From an uncultured Gammaproteobacteria bacterium (GTDB lineage: Bacteria; Patescibacteriota; Microgenomatia; PFEM01; DATLAM01): a DNA stretch of 64,000 nucleotides. Shown one piece after another: positions 55,162-64,000 of this stretch (its first letter is position 1; the number at the start of each line of letters is the position of its first letter). The translations under genes and the position numbers were made by a program. The notes beneath the pieces were generated by a model. That model searched no databases, was not told the origin of the DNA, and saw only the letters and a program-made list of their open reading frames with translations. The DNA lies in the NCBI GenBank assembly GCA_964566925.1, contig CAZMIZ010000001.1, forward strand, positions 135,248-199,247, read 5' to 3'.

Positions 55162-58100
55162 ATGCCTGAGGAAAGTCAAGAAAAAGGAATGATGCCAGGA
55201 GAAAAAAGTTTTGGCCGTCCTCATCACCCAGAGGCGAAGCCCACCATGGGTCTCCCAGGCCAGCCTGAAAAAGGGGAAAGATACTTTGCTACCTTGAACG
55301 AATTTAGAGAGGCTCTTGAAGGAATTCCCGATGGGTTTAAAAAGAAAGCGAATCGTTTAAGAAGGAATCTTCGCTCAGCCATAAAAAAGAGTGAAGAAGA
55401 AAAGGTCGGGGATATTTTAAAAGAAGTAGACGGATTAGTAGAGAAAGAGCCAAAGCTGGTCCAGTGGTCAGAATTGATGGAACAAGAGGCCACCGGGGAA
55501 GTCCAACCAGGGGAATCAAGCGAAAAGTCGGTCGGAGAGATAGTCGAAGAGCCGCCCCAAAAAGCGAAACCAGAAGACATTCGGATGGTTCCGGACGCAA
55601 TCTCTGACGAAAGAATGGAAGACGATGAAGAGGTCCTAGTTGATCCGCGAACAGAAAAAATGAAGTTCGTTGAGAGATATCCTCTGTGGGTGGAAGAAAC
55701 AACCAGAAGCGTTGCCGAAATTCGGGGTCAATATTTCAGATTTTTAGCCGGCATTGGTGCCCGCCAGCCAGTTCCAGGTCAAGGAATTAATGATTCTGAA
55801 TGGGAAGAGATTGCCAGATATACTGCTGAAATAGATTCAATTATTCGGAAAATTGGGAGAAAGGAGAGAGGAGAAAGAACGGCTGAAGAAAAAGGAGAGC
55901 TTAAGAGGGCACAAAAGCTTAAACGGATGGCTGGCGCTTATTACCATGAGCTTGAGTTTTATCACCGATTTTGGTACGGAGAGGAATCAGGAATCGGTAA
56001 GGAAGTGAAAAGATCTAAAGAGGGATCAAGACTTCTTTTGATTGACCAAATGGCGGTTCTTTTTACTATTCCTGAAGTGGCGAAAGCCTTTAAAGAAGAA
56101 AAGGGCTATAAAAGTGATGCTGAGTTAGTTGATGAGGTTAATGATCCCTATGGCTGGCGAAGACTGGGACATCACCTTCGCCGTTATTCGTGCACCCCGA
56201 TGTATCGGGACGCTTATGAGGCGGGGGCGAAGACAGCTAAACCTGGTGAACCGATTAAACCGGGGTTTGGTCTTAGCTACGAGTATAGTCTTTTTGGCAT
56301 TTACTTTACTGGGAGATGGGCGGAAAAAAACAATGCCAAATACGCCAAAGTTCTTCGAGTAGAAGATGCTGATGGCAATCTGATTATTGATCTGGGGAAA
56401 TTAGGAGCCACCTATGATATGTGGACTACCCCTGCCAGACTAGAGTTGTATGTTCTTTTTTGGGAGCATTTAGGAAAAAGAAACCAAATTAGACTCTCTG
56501 CTGGGAGGGGAAGAGAATGGCTAAACAAGCACGAGGAGCAGCTTTATTCCAAAAAAGCAAGCGAAGGGCTGCGAGATCTTCTTTGGAATTATCGAGATAA
56601 AGAAAAAGTCCTTAGAGACCGGATTGGCGAAATTGATAAGAAAAAGGAATCAGAGGGGTTATCCGCTGAAGACGAAGAAGAGCTTCAACAGCTCCAATCT
56701 AGCCTTCAAGACCTTCTAGCGGAGCAGGAAAGGCTAGTTGGATTCTCAAATGAGGAGATTAAAGAGTTTCGGGAATTACTAATGAAAAAAGCAATTAATA
56801 GAGAACAACTAAGAGAAGATGAAGAGGAGAGCCTGGCAGAGCTTAAAAAGACAATCGGAAACGTGATGCTTAGAAATATGATTAATCGAGACTTAGGTTT
56901 TGACCCCTCTGAAAGAGACTTTAATCTGATTGCTATTTTTAGCGATCCCTTGAGTCGGCACGAAGAACTTACGCCCAATGATATTTTAACCAACCTCTTA
57001 GTGGATGTCCGGAGGATGGAACAAACCCAGGACGCTTTAACAGCCGGAAAAGAATGCTTTATCGCTAAACCTTCATTTGAAATGATTCTTGACATGGAGT
57101 CGGAGGTATATGCTCATCTTGGTTATTTTCCTTGGTTAAGGGAGAGACAGATATTTGCCCTGAGAGAGCTTGTTTCTAGATTATATTTAGCCGGGGTTAT
57201 TAACACGATCAGGTTAAGCGGTACTCACCTTTTTGAAGAAGAGAGTAAAAAAATTTATGATAGTTTGAAGGCAAAGGCTAATGTAGGTCTTCACGCCGAA
57301 GGTTTGAAAGCCACTTATGGAATAGATTTTACTGATCCCGACCTCAAAGACGGCGCATCGCTTGCTGAAGTAATCAGATGTCTTAAGCTAGTTCATAGAG
57401 GGAGGTTAAATGCAATTTATGAACAAAGAAGAGAGCAATGGGTGATCAATGTTTTAGAGAAAGGGGTGGCAGCAGAAGCCCACGAGAAGGTGCGATTTCT
57501 TAGCCGATTCAGATTTTCTGATTATGTCTCTTTTGAAGCGCGGATTATTGAAGAACCAGTGCTTAACGCTATGGGGTGGACCAGGGAAGAAAGTCTAGAG
57601 AAAGAAAAAGAACGGTTTCGAACTCGCGACCTTTGGTTAGCCAAAAAAGGCCAACTTCCTGGCGATGACGGCGTCTTTATATTTAGCCGTAATCAGGCGT
57701 TAAAACCGGGTTGGGAGAGGTTCGCGAGAGAGAAAGGGGAAAGTGATCGAAGGAAAGAAGACGGCAGGTGGATTTATGGTTATCGCTACGAAACCGATAA
57801 ATTTGAAAAGGTAGGCTATGTAACCGACGAAAACCACGTTTATCGAACTATCGCCTGGGAGGATCCAATCCAGAAAAGCTTATTTGAAGTGGAACAGCTG
57901 ATTTATTCCAAAAATTACGAGATTTTGAGTAAATATATTGATGAACACTCCCCGGAGATAATTGATGATCCCAACGAATGGTTAACCCCTCCTCAAAGGC
58001 AGAATCTGATTAAAGATCACCTCCGCCGGATCAGTATTGATCCTGACCGAGCCGAAGTTTTAATGAAGAAATATTCTTGCACCAATGCCGATTGCTGGAT

Positions 58101-58455
58101 TTGGACGGCCAAAAGGTTGACCTTTGGACGTCTGGCCCCCGAACTTATAGCTAAAATCCCGATTGTTGGTCCTCTTGCCAGAAATGTTAATATTGCCGGC
58201 ATTGGACTTTCTGGCTGGATTGGTGCGGTAGCCCAATTTGGCCTTCCCAGGGTCGCCACCTATTTGACCGGTAATCCTATCGCGATCGGCACCGGGGTTT
58301 ATTTTCTCCAGTTAGGGCTTATCTCTTTTGTTACTAGTCCTCTGGTGCGAAGAATGGCGTGGCTTAGCACCATTCCAGGGACAAATTTTAGGTTAAAAGG
58401 CCTCCTCCCAATTTATTGGGAGCCTAAAGGAAAGGTAAAAGAATATGAGGGTTAA
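55162..58455 (+). CDS. large orphan protein, charged/coiled-coil with C-terminal hydrophobic helices
   Basis: About 1097 aa open frame; AGGAG RBS before ATG 55162; no recognisable motif. Confidence 0.75.
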   Translation: MPEESQEKGMMPGEKSFGRPHHPEAKPTMGLPGQPEKGERYFATLNEFREALEGIPDGFKKKANRLRRNLRSAIKKSEEEKVGDILKEVDGLVEKEPKLVQWSELMEQEATGEVQPGESSEKSVGEIVEEPPQKAKPEDIRMVPDAISDERMEDDEEVLVDPRTEKMKFVERYPLWVEETTRSVAEIRGQYFRFLAGIGARQPVPGQGINDSEWEEIARYTAEIDSIIRKIGRKERGERTAEEKGELKRAQKLKRMAGAYYHELEFYHRFWYGEESGIGKEVKRSKEGSRLLLIDQMAVLFTIPEVAKAFKEEKGYKSDAELVDEVNDPYGWRRLGHHLRRYSCTPMYRDAYEAGAKTAKPGEPIKPGFGLSYEYSLFGIYFTGRWAEKNNAKYAKVLRVEDADGNLIIDLGKLGATYDMWTTPARLELYVLFWEHLGKRNQIRLSAGRGREWLNKHEEQLYSKKASEGLRDLLWNYRDKEKVLRDRIGEIDKKKESEGLSAEDEEELQQLQSSLQDLLAEQERLVGFSNEEIKEFRELLMKKAINREQLREDEEESLAELKKTIGNVMLRNMINRDLGFDPSERDFNLIAIFSDPLSRHEELTPNDILTNLLVDVRRMEQTQDALTAGKECFIAKPSFEMILDMESEVYAHLGYFPWLRERQIFALRELVSRLYLAGVINTIRLSGTHLFEEESKKIYDSLKAKANVGLHAEGLKATYGIDFTDPDLKDGASLAEVIRCLKLVHRGRLNAIYEQRREQWVINVLEKGVAAEAHEKVRFLSRFRFSDYVSFEARIIEEPVLNAMGWTREESLEKEKERFRTRDLWLAKKGQLPGDDGVFIFSRNQALKPGWERFAREKGESDRRKEDGRWIYGYRYETDKFEKVGYVTDENHVYRTIAWEDPIQKSLFEVEQLIYSKNYEILSKYIDEHSPEIIDDPNEWLTPPQRQNLIKDHLRRISIDPDRAEVLMKKYSCTNADCWIWTAKRLTFGRLAPELIAKIPIVGPLARNVNIAGIGLSGWIGAVAQFGLPRVATYLTGNPIAIGTGVYFLQLGLISFVTSPLVRRMAWLSTIPGTNFRLKGLLPIYWEPKGKVKEYEG

Positions 58456-58475
58456 AATAGAAAGAGGAGGTTTCA

Positions 58476-59561
58476 ATGGCTGAAGCAATTACCGAAACAA
58501 TGGGGCCAGGTCTGGCTTTTAGAAGAGAGACTCCGGAGAGTCAGGCCCTTAAAGGTTTAGAAGCGAAGATTGGGAGAATAAAAGAAAGAGTTTCTTTTTC
58601 AGACCTGCAACAAAGACTAAAAAGTTTTATTAAAAAAGATATCAGCAATGATCCGGAGATAGAAGGCATAAGTCAACAATTATGGGAAGTAGTTGATGCC
58701 AGGCTTAGGAAAGAGGAAGATCATTTAAAGACAAATGATCTTCCCAGGGTGTTTCGAGAAATGGTAGGAAGTCTTTTGCCCGGAGCCTCTCTCGAAGGTA
58801 AAGAGCAACTCCAAGAATTATTGGTTAAACTTTCTGAGTTTGAAGCAAGGGGAGTTATGGGAGAATTAAGCCCCGATCCTCAAAAAGCTTTTGAACAACT
58901 TTCAGGTTTAATTTTAGGAAAAGAAGATGGAGAGCAATTCGTTAACACCATGACAGAGGTGGCCGCTGCAACAGAAAAGCCCTATCCAAAACCGAAACCA
59001 CCCAGTCTTCCTACCGGAGAAAAAGGTTTTTTTGGGAAAGGTAAGGGCCCGGGTCTTAGATATTATAGATTGATGGTTATAGGGATTGCTCTGATGACCT
59101 GTTGCGCCGCTCAAGGAGCTTGTCCTGGTCTAAAGATGTATCTTGATGTTCGAGGAAGAACGGAGGCAGATTCGGGTACCGAGGCCCAAGAACAAGCCGG
59201 GATTAACCAGGCGGCCCTAGATGTAGTTGATGGAAGATATCCTTATGAATGGCTAGAAAGAAGTGAAACCTTAAGGGGAGAAGAAGGAGAAGAGTTTGCG
59301 AGAAGTGTTCTCGAAAGAACTCGAGACTTGGTCATGGCGGACCCAAATCGGTTAGACCAAATGGATGCCGCCTGGATTGGCCGCCTCATCCATGAGTACG
59401 GGGAAGAGGAAGGCTATAATCTAATTTTTAATCTTGATCAGGTTGATGATTTAGAAAAACGGGATCAAGTAAGCCAATATTTATCTAGTGGGCGGTACGA
59501 AAGTTCTTCTCCTCCAGGCGGTAGCAGAGAAGCAAGCCAGGGAAGCAATGGCAGCGGTTGA
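58476..59561 (+). CDS. orphan single-TM protein
   Basis: 361 aa; GAGGAGG RBS; central TM with a Cys cluster. Confidence 0.7.
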   Translation: MAEAITETMGPGLAFRRETPESQALKGLEAKIGRIKERVSFSDLQQRLKSFIKKDISNDPEIEGISQQLWEVVDARLRKEEDHLKTNDLPRVFREMVGSLLPGASLEGKEQLQELLVKLSEFEARGVMGELSPDPQKAFEQLSGLILGKEDGEQFVNTMTEVAAATEKPYPKPKPPSLPTGEKGFFGKGKGPGLRYYRLMVIGIALMTCCAAQGACPGLKMYLDVRGRTEADSGTEAQEQAGINQAALDVVDGRYPYEWLERSETLRGEEGEEFARSVLERTRDLVMADPNRLDQMDAAWIGRLIHEYGEEEGYNLIFNLDQVDDLEKRDQVSQYLSSGRYESSSPPGGSREASQGSNGSG

Positions 59562-59642
59562 AGGGCAACGCCAAGTTAGAACCAAGGTAATGGCCAAGAA
59601 AGCAGATTTGAGAAGGAAAACTTCTTTTGGACAGAAAAGGGT

Positions 59643-60995
59643 TTAAATTCCCGCCGCTAAACCGCCAATAAGTGGTAATCTCCCAATCACTCCGCGCAGA
59701 GTTTGACCAGCCGCGGCAAACATTGGTGGACCAGGCCTTTTTTCAAAAGCCTGATCAATCATGTCGGGGACAGAGGGAGAGATTAAAAGAATTCCTAACC
59801 CAATAATATTAGGAATAATGCTTGGGTCTGTAAAGATATCAGCAATCATTCTCGGAGCCTGGAGGTCGCTCATGGTAACCTGAACATTCCAAGAAGGCGC
59901 CTGACTTATAATTGCCCCTATGGCTAAGACTCCATAAACAGCTGGAAAGGCCAAAACCGATTTGATTAAAGTTTTAAGCCACATCCAGGTCACATTGCCT
60001 CTTCCCGGAATGGCTGAAAAAAGGAGCAAAATGGGCCCAAAAATCGTGGCTAAAAGAAAAGTCACGTAGCGGCTCAAAAGGGCGAAGAAAAGTTTAAACA
60101 TGGTAAAAACCACGACCAAGGCAATAATAAAAGTAAAAATAGAACCACCGCCACCCGGTATGATGGAAAGAATGCCCTCAACCAGCCTGACTAGCGCTAA
60201 AAGTCCTGTTGGCGGGATTGAGATTTGTTGGGGATTAAAACTTAAACCGCCAAAGGCATCATTAAGGAGCTCAAAAAGATTATAATTCCCTGGCGGGTAA
60301 GCAAGAGCCGCACTTTTAATTAAAGTGTTAATCAAGGCCAGCCCAAACTCCATCAGATCGAACATTAGTCCAGCCAAAGCGTAACTGAAGGTAATCAAAA
60401 GAAGAGCAATTACTAGTTGAGGTAGGGCACTTTGAATTGAAGCTACCGTTTGAGGATCAATTTTGGCCCGAAACATAATCATAAAACCGACGGCAACGAA
60501 GATGATAACCAAAAAGAGATAAGCTAGGCTTCGGAAAAGTTTCCAAAGATCAAGGATGGGTTCAAGAGCATGCCAGCCTGTCCCCTGAGCGTAGGCTGGC
60601 TTGACTAAACCTAGATTTTGACCCAGATCAGCTAAATAATCAACCGATGAAGCCGGAGGAGAAGAATAAAGTCCATTAACCAAGGCGATGGTTCCATCTA
60701 AAGCACTAGTGCCCGAAGCTTGTCCTTCAAGAAGCGGAACACCTGTCAGGGCATGAGTGCCGGCATTTCCCGCCTTGTCTACCAAAAAACGAGTAAATTG
60801 ACCGAGATTGATGTCTTCTGCTTCGTACTCTTCTTTTATTTCTTGGAGAAAAGTTGGTAATTGGCCTTCAGAGGGAACATCAACCGGACTTGGAAGATAG
60901 GCGGCCTGAGCGATTTTAACCAAAGGAATAATTAAAAGGAAAAGGAGAAGAGAAACAAAAACTATTTTTCGGTTGAAATTTTTGGGCAGCGACAT
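59643..60995 (-). CDS. polytopic membrane protein, VirB6/TrbL-like
   Basis: Signal/TM, then WKLFRSLAY..GFMIMFR..LLITFSYAL and further TMs; located in the T4SS-like cluster; start uncertain. Confidence 0.6.
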   Translation of the reverse strand: MSLPKNFNRKIVFVSLLLFLLIIPLVKIAQAAYLPSPVDVPSEGQLPTFLQEIKEEYEAEDINLGQFTRFLVDKAGNAGTHALTGVPLLEGQASGTSALDGTIALVNGLYSSPPASSVDYLADLGQNLGLVKPAYAQGTGWHALEPILDLWKLFRSLAYLFLVIIFVAVGFMIMFRAKIDPQTVASIQSALPQLVIALLLITFSYALAGLMFDLMEFGLALINTLIKSAALAYPPGNYNLFELLNDAFGGLSFNPQQISIPPTGLLALVRLVEGILSIIPGGGGSIFTFIIALVVVFTMFKLFFALLSRYVTFLLATIFGPILLLFSAIPGRGNVTWMWLKTLIKSVLAFPAVYGVLAIGAIISQAPSWNVQVTMSDLQAPRMIADIFTDPSIIPNIIGLGILLISPSVPDMIDQAFEKRPGPPMFAAAGQTLRGVIGRLPLIGGLAAGI

Positions 60996-61043
60996 AACTG
61001 CTTTTAAGTTAACATCATTGACTGTTTTTTGCAAGTGGTTTAT

Positions 61044-63851
61044 TTATTCCTCCTCTGGATTTAAGGCTTCCAAAACCCATTCTTTTGCCTTTTGAATGCC
61101 GCCTAAATGAGGGAAATAGAATTTCCAGGGTTCGCCTGGGGTGATCGAACCCCCAGTGTAACTGTAGTTAATGTAGCTATGGGCATCAAGGTCTTCAAAA
61201 GTTGACTCGGTTTCCGGCCGGAAAATGTTAAAAAGCCCCTGGAAAGAATCGGTAGTCTGTTCCCAGATTTGGTCAAGATAAGGATGAAGAAGGTCGACCT
61301 TAACATCCCGGTGAACATGGCGGGTTTCGACATTGCGACATTCAGGGTTAAGGAGGTCTCTTTCGCCAGTGGCCGGATCAGTAAACCAAACACAAGGGCC
61401 GGTGTAGTTTGGGTTTTCGAACTGATCAACCGCCTTCAGGTCAATAAAAATCGGATCACAGCAGATGGTGTCATTCGGATTATTATCGCTGACACTTTCA
61501 TATTCACAGGCTGGATAAGGTATTGGTTCGGCCAGACCGCATTCACGTGGCTCAGGCATTGGCCCAAGACTGCCACAGCAGGCGGTTCCATTTTCATCTA
61601 AGGTCATAGAGCAACCACCCGAGACAACATAATGAAGATTAATATTCTCTGTAGTTACAGAGACATTGACGTTAGCACCTGGATCGGTGGGACAGCTAAA
61701 ATAATAGGTCATGCTTGGACCAAGAACATTCATAAACCCAACTTGCTGGCCGTTAATATAGGTGTGGAGGTGACCACAGCCGTGGGCGTCGATAACCACT
61801 GTTCCTGATCCTCCAGAACAACAGATAGCCCTAATGGCTAAGTTGCAACAACAGTCGCCATCGGGGTCGCAAGCATCCCATTCTCCCTGGGCCAAAAGGG
61901 TTTTTTCGCCTAGAACCTGAGGATTGCTCGAAGCTAGAAGAATTTTTTCTGATGCTTCCTCTTCCTCCTCCTCCACCCAAGGAAAGAGCAGTTTTTGAAG
62001 CTCTTGGGTGACTTCAAAAAGTCGGGCGAGATGGGGCACTTTTTCTTCCTGGACAGGCGGAATGACGTCAGCAATATCCTTTCTTTTGACATTAACCGAG
62101 GCAATGACTTGACCAGGGGAATCTTCCCGGGTAAACATCGGGACGGCCGCCCAAAGTTTTCCAGAAGGAGTTCTTTTCCAGCTCTCATAAGCTTTTTTCC
62201 AGTCTTCGTAGTCGTCTGGCTTGGCTTTAACCGGTAGTTCAGGCGGAGGCTGGATTTCACTTAATTGCATTGAATAACCACCATGTTCGATGAGGTAGTC
62301 ATGGATAATCTCGGTGCCTTCTTTAATGTTGCCAGAGAGACTCTTTTTAGCCCGGTCAATCATTTCGTTTTTAAGCTCATCTTGGAGTTCTTTAGGCGCG
62401 AGTTTTCTGAAAACGCCTCCTTCCATCACTGAGCGCTCAACTTCTTCTTGACAAGTTCCTTTTTCTTCACAACTCTCAAGATCGATATCTTGACCATAGT
62501 AGAAGGCAGTACCCTCAAAATAGTCAGCTAAATATTTTTGAACATCCTCTTCGCCCTTTTTACCCACAAAAGGAACGGTGACATCATTGGCATCAATGGT
62601 AATAATGCCGCCCCAGTCTTTTTCAACCCAATGTTCACCAGTTGGTTCACAAACAAAGTCCGAGTCCTCCCATTTCCAGCTGACGGTATCATGGACCGCA
62701 AAAGTGGTGGCGCAGGCATAGGTTAAAGGCGGCTCTAAAATACAAGCATCACAAGGGAGTGGACGGGAATCAGAGTCGCCTCCTTCAGAGGGGGTACAGG
62801 TCATCCCAAGAGCCCCTCCATCATACATGTAAATGGTTCCCCCGCCAAAAGTACTTAGTTCTAAGATGATGATTTTCCCGTCGGCGGTGATGATGACCAA
62901 AAGGGTAATGTCTGGGTGGCCATCACCATCCAAGTCAAGGAAAAAAGAAGTGGTGATAAATTGAACGTCAGGGAAAAGGTCGTGGTTAGCCATAAACTCC
63001 TGAATAATCCCTTCCATAATTTTGACCCATTGCTTTAGATCTTCTTTATCTTGGAGTAACCCACCATGATAAAGAGGGCCCAATTCGGTGATGATGAAAT
63101 TGTTGGGAACCCCTCTTTCTACTAAAAAATCAATCAATTTTTGGTATTGTTTAGAGACCGCTTGGGCATTTTCGCCATAGATGGTTAAGGCGGCTCCATC
63201 AACCAGATCAGCGATAGTCAGATTACCGGAAACCACGGTATTCAAGATGGTATCCAAAAAAGGAAAATCTACTTGGCCTGTGTGGGTAGCCATTGGCGGA
63301 ATTAAGATATTAAAATTTCGATCTGAAATACCCGCGCCCAAAATAAAAGAGGCTAAGCTGTTAGCGAAACTCTTAGCATCAGCCGAACCACCCCACTCAT
63401 AAGAAAGATCCGGCTCATTACCAAAATAAACATTGACTGGTTCGGAAAACTGGATTTGGCTGAGGGCCCAGGCTAGGGTTTCGCCTGCCACTTGAGCTTT
63501 TTGGGGGGAAATTCTCGTCCAACCTTGGCTGGGGCTAAAGTAATCAGAGGAAACCCTGATAATGGGGATGAGATTGTTTTCTTTCATTGCCTGGAGGTTT
63601 TTGAGAAGACTTTCTCTATTCTGAGGGCTAAGATCGGCCGTGCTATAGATAATGGTAACCGGGATTGAATAACCAGCACAACCGTATTGGTCATATTGGT
63701 TTCTAATTTGATCGTAATTTGAGGGATCAATATTGCCGGCAATCTTGGGGCCGACAACACCGCAAGTTTGGGCCAAAACTGGAGAGGGGATAAGCTGCCA
63801 ACCGAAGAAAAAAACGAAAACGAAAAAGATAGTTAGGCAGGGTTTTTTCAT
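61044..63851 (-). CDS. large exported protein with glycoside-hydrolase-like N-terminal domain and Cys-rich C-terminus
   Basis: Signal peptide (PVLAQ); PIIRV, FGNEPD.EWGG and IITELG (clan GH-A-like); DLDGDGHPD; many Cys. Confidence 0.65.
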   Translation of the reverse strand: MKKPCLTIFFVFVFFFGWQLIPSPVLAQTCGVVGPKIAGNIDPSNYDQIRNQYDQYGCAGYSIPVTIIYSTADLSPQNRESLLKNLQAMKENNLIPIIRVSSDYFSPSQGWTRISPQKAQVAGETLAWALSQIQFSEPVNVYFGNEPDLSYEWGGSADAKSFANSLASFILGAGISDRNFNILIPPMATHTGQVDFPFLDTILNTVVSGNLTIADLVDGAALTIYGENAQAVSKQYQKLIDFLVERGVPNNFIITELGPLYHGGLLQDKEDLKQWVKIMEGIIQEFMANHDLFPDVQFITTSFFLDLDGDGHPDITLLVIITADGKIIILELSTFGGGTIYMYDGGALGMTCTPSEGGDSDSRPLPCDACILEPPLTYACATTFAVHDTVSWKWEDSDFVCEPTGEHWVEKDWGGIITIDANDVTVPFVGKKGEEDVQKYLADYFEGTAFYYGQDIDLESCEEKGTCQEEVERSVMEGGVFRKLAPKELQDELKNEMIDRAKKSLSGNIKEGTEIIHDYLIEHGGYSMQLSEIQPPPELPVKAKPDDYEDWKKAYESWKRTPSGKLWAAVPMFTREDSPGQVIASVNVKRKDIADVIPPVQEEKVPHLARLFEVTQELQKLLFPWVEEEEEEASEKILLASSNPQVLGEKTLLAQGEWDACDPDGDCCCNLAIRAICCSGGSGTVVIDAHGCGHLHTYINGQQVGFMNVLGPSMTYYFSCPTDPGANVNVSVTTENINLHYVVSGGCSMTLDENGTACCGSLGPMPEPRECGLAEPIPYPACEYESVSDNNPNDTICCDPIFIDLKAVDQFENPNYTGPCVWFTDPATGERDLLNPECRNVETRHVHRDVKVDLLHPYLDQIWEQTTDSFQGLFNIFRPETESTFEDLDAHSYINYSYTGGSITPGEPWKFYFPHLGGIQKAKEWVLEALNPEEE

Positions 63852-64000
63852 TTATTTAGGAATTTCGAACTCCGTGACCTCAACTCCAGTAAACTCTTTA
63901 ATAAATTGAAGAATAAACCAGGCAATGATTACCAAAACTAATCCTAAAATTGCGTAGGTGATGGTGTTTTTGGCTGATTCGGTTCCTTTCGGGTCGCCGG
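63852..64000 (-). CDS. T4SS pilin-like (TrbC/VirB2-type) protein, 5' end outside the window
   Basis: Hand translation GDPKGTESAKNTITYAILGLVLVIIAWFILQFIKEFTGV. Confidence 0.75.
   Translation of the reverse strand, partial: GDPKGTESAKNTITYAILGLVLVIIAWFILQFIKEFTGVEVTEFEIPK

Noticed and set aside
45441-64000. Integrative conjugative element or prophage
   Set aside because: No integrase, relaxase, att repeats or phage structural genes visible; the left end directly abuts dnaN.
1-64000. CRISPR array
   Set aside because: No regularly spaced 23-47 bp repeats with unique spacers noticed; the repeats seen are 7-bp tandem units or isolated palindromes.

Overview
Origin-proximal chromosomal window of a reduced-genome bacterium. 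Gene content (short metG/valS/truB, PEGA-SH3, VanW and DUF4012-type proteins, CPR-type pilin/VirB4 cluster) and apparent leaderless promoters point to Patescibacteria/CPR, probably Microgenomates (inference). It holds pcrA/uvrD (partial), rmuC, metG, a surface-glycosylation cluster, tRNA-Cys, groES-groEL with a CIRCE-like operator, tsaD-truB-valS, rplY, and the jag-yidC-yidD-rnpA-rpmH / dnaA-oriC-dnaN block. Directly after dnaN lies an ~18.5 kb T4SS-like locus (pilin, glycoside-hydrolase-like exported protein, VirB6-like protein, PrgI, VirB4, giant M23 protein), interrupted by two four-helix-bundle genes and two large antisense orphan genes. The most striking unexplained signal is a family of 7-bp-period micro-arrays. 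They flank both four-helix-bundle genes in inverted orientation and also occur as orphans, mostly in frame inside unrelated genes. Short palindromic REP-like micro-insertions also occur in pcrA, tsaD and the groES-groEL junction. All product calls come from motif recognition, not database searches.
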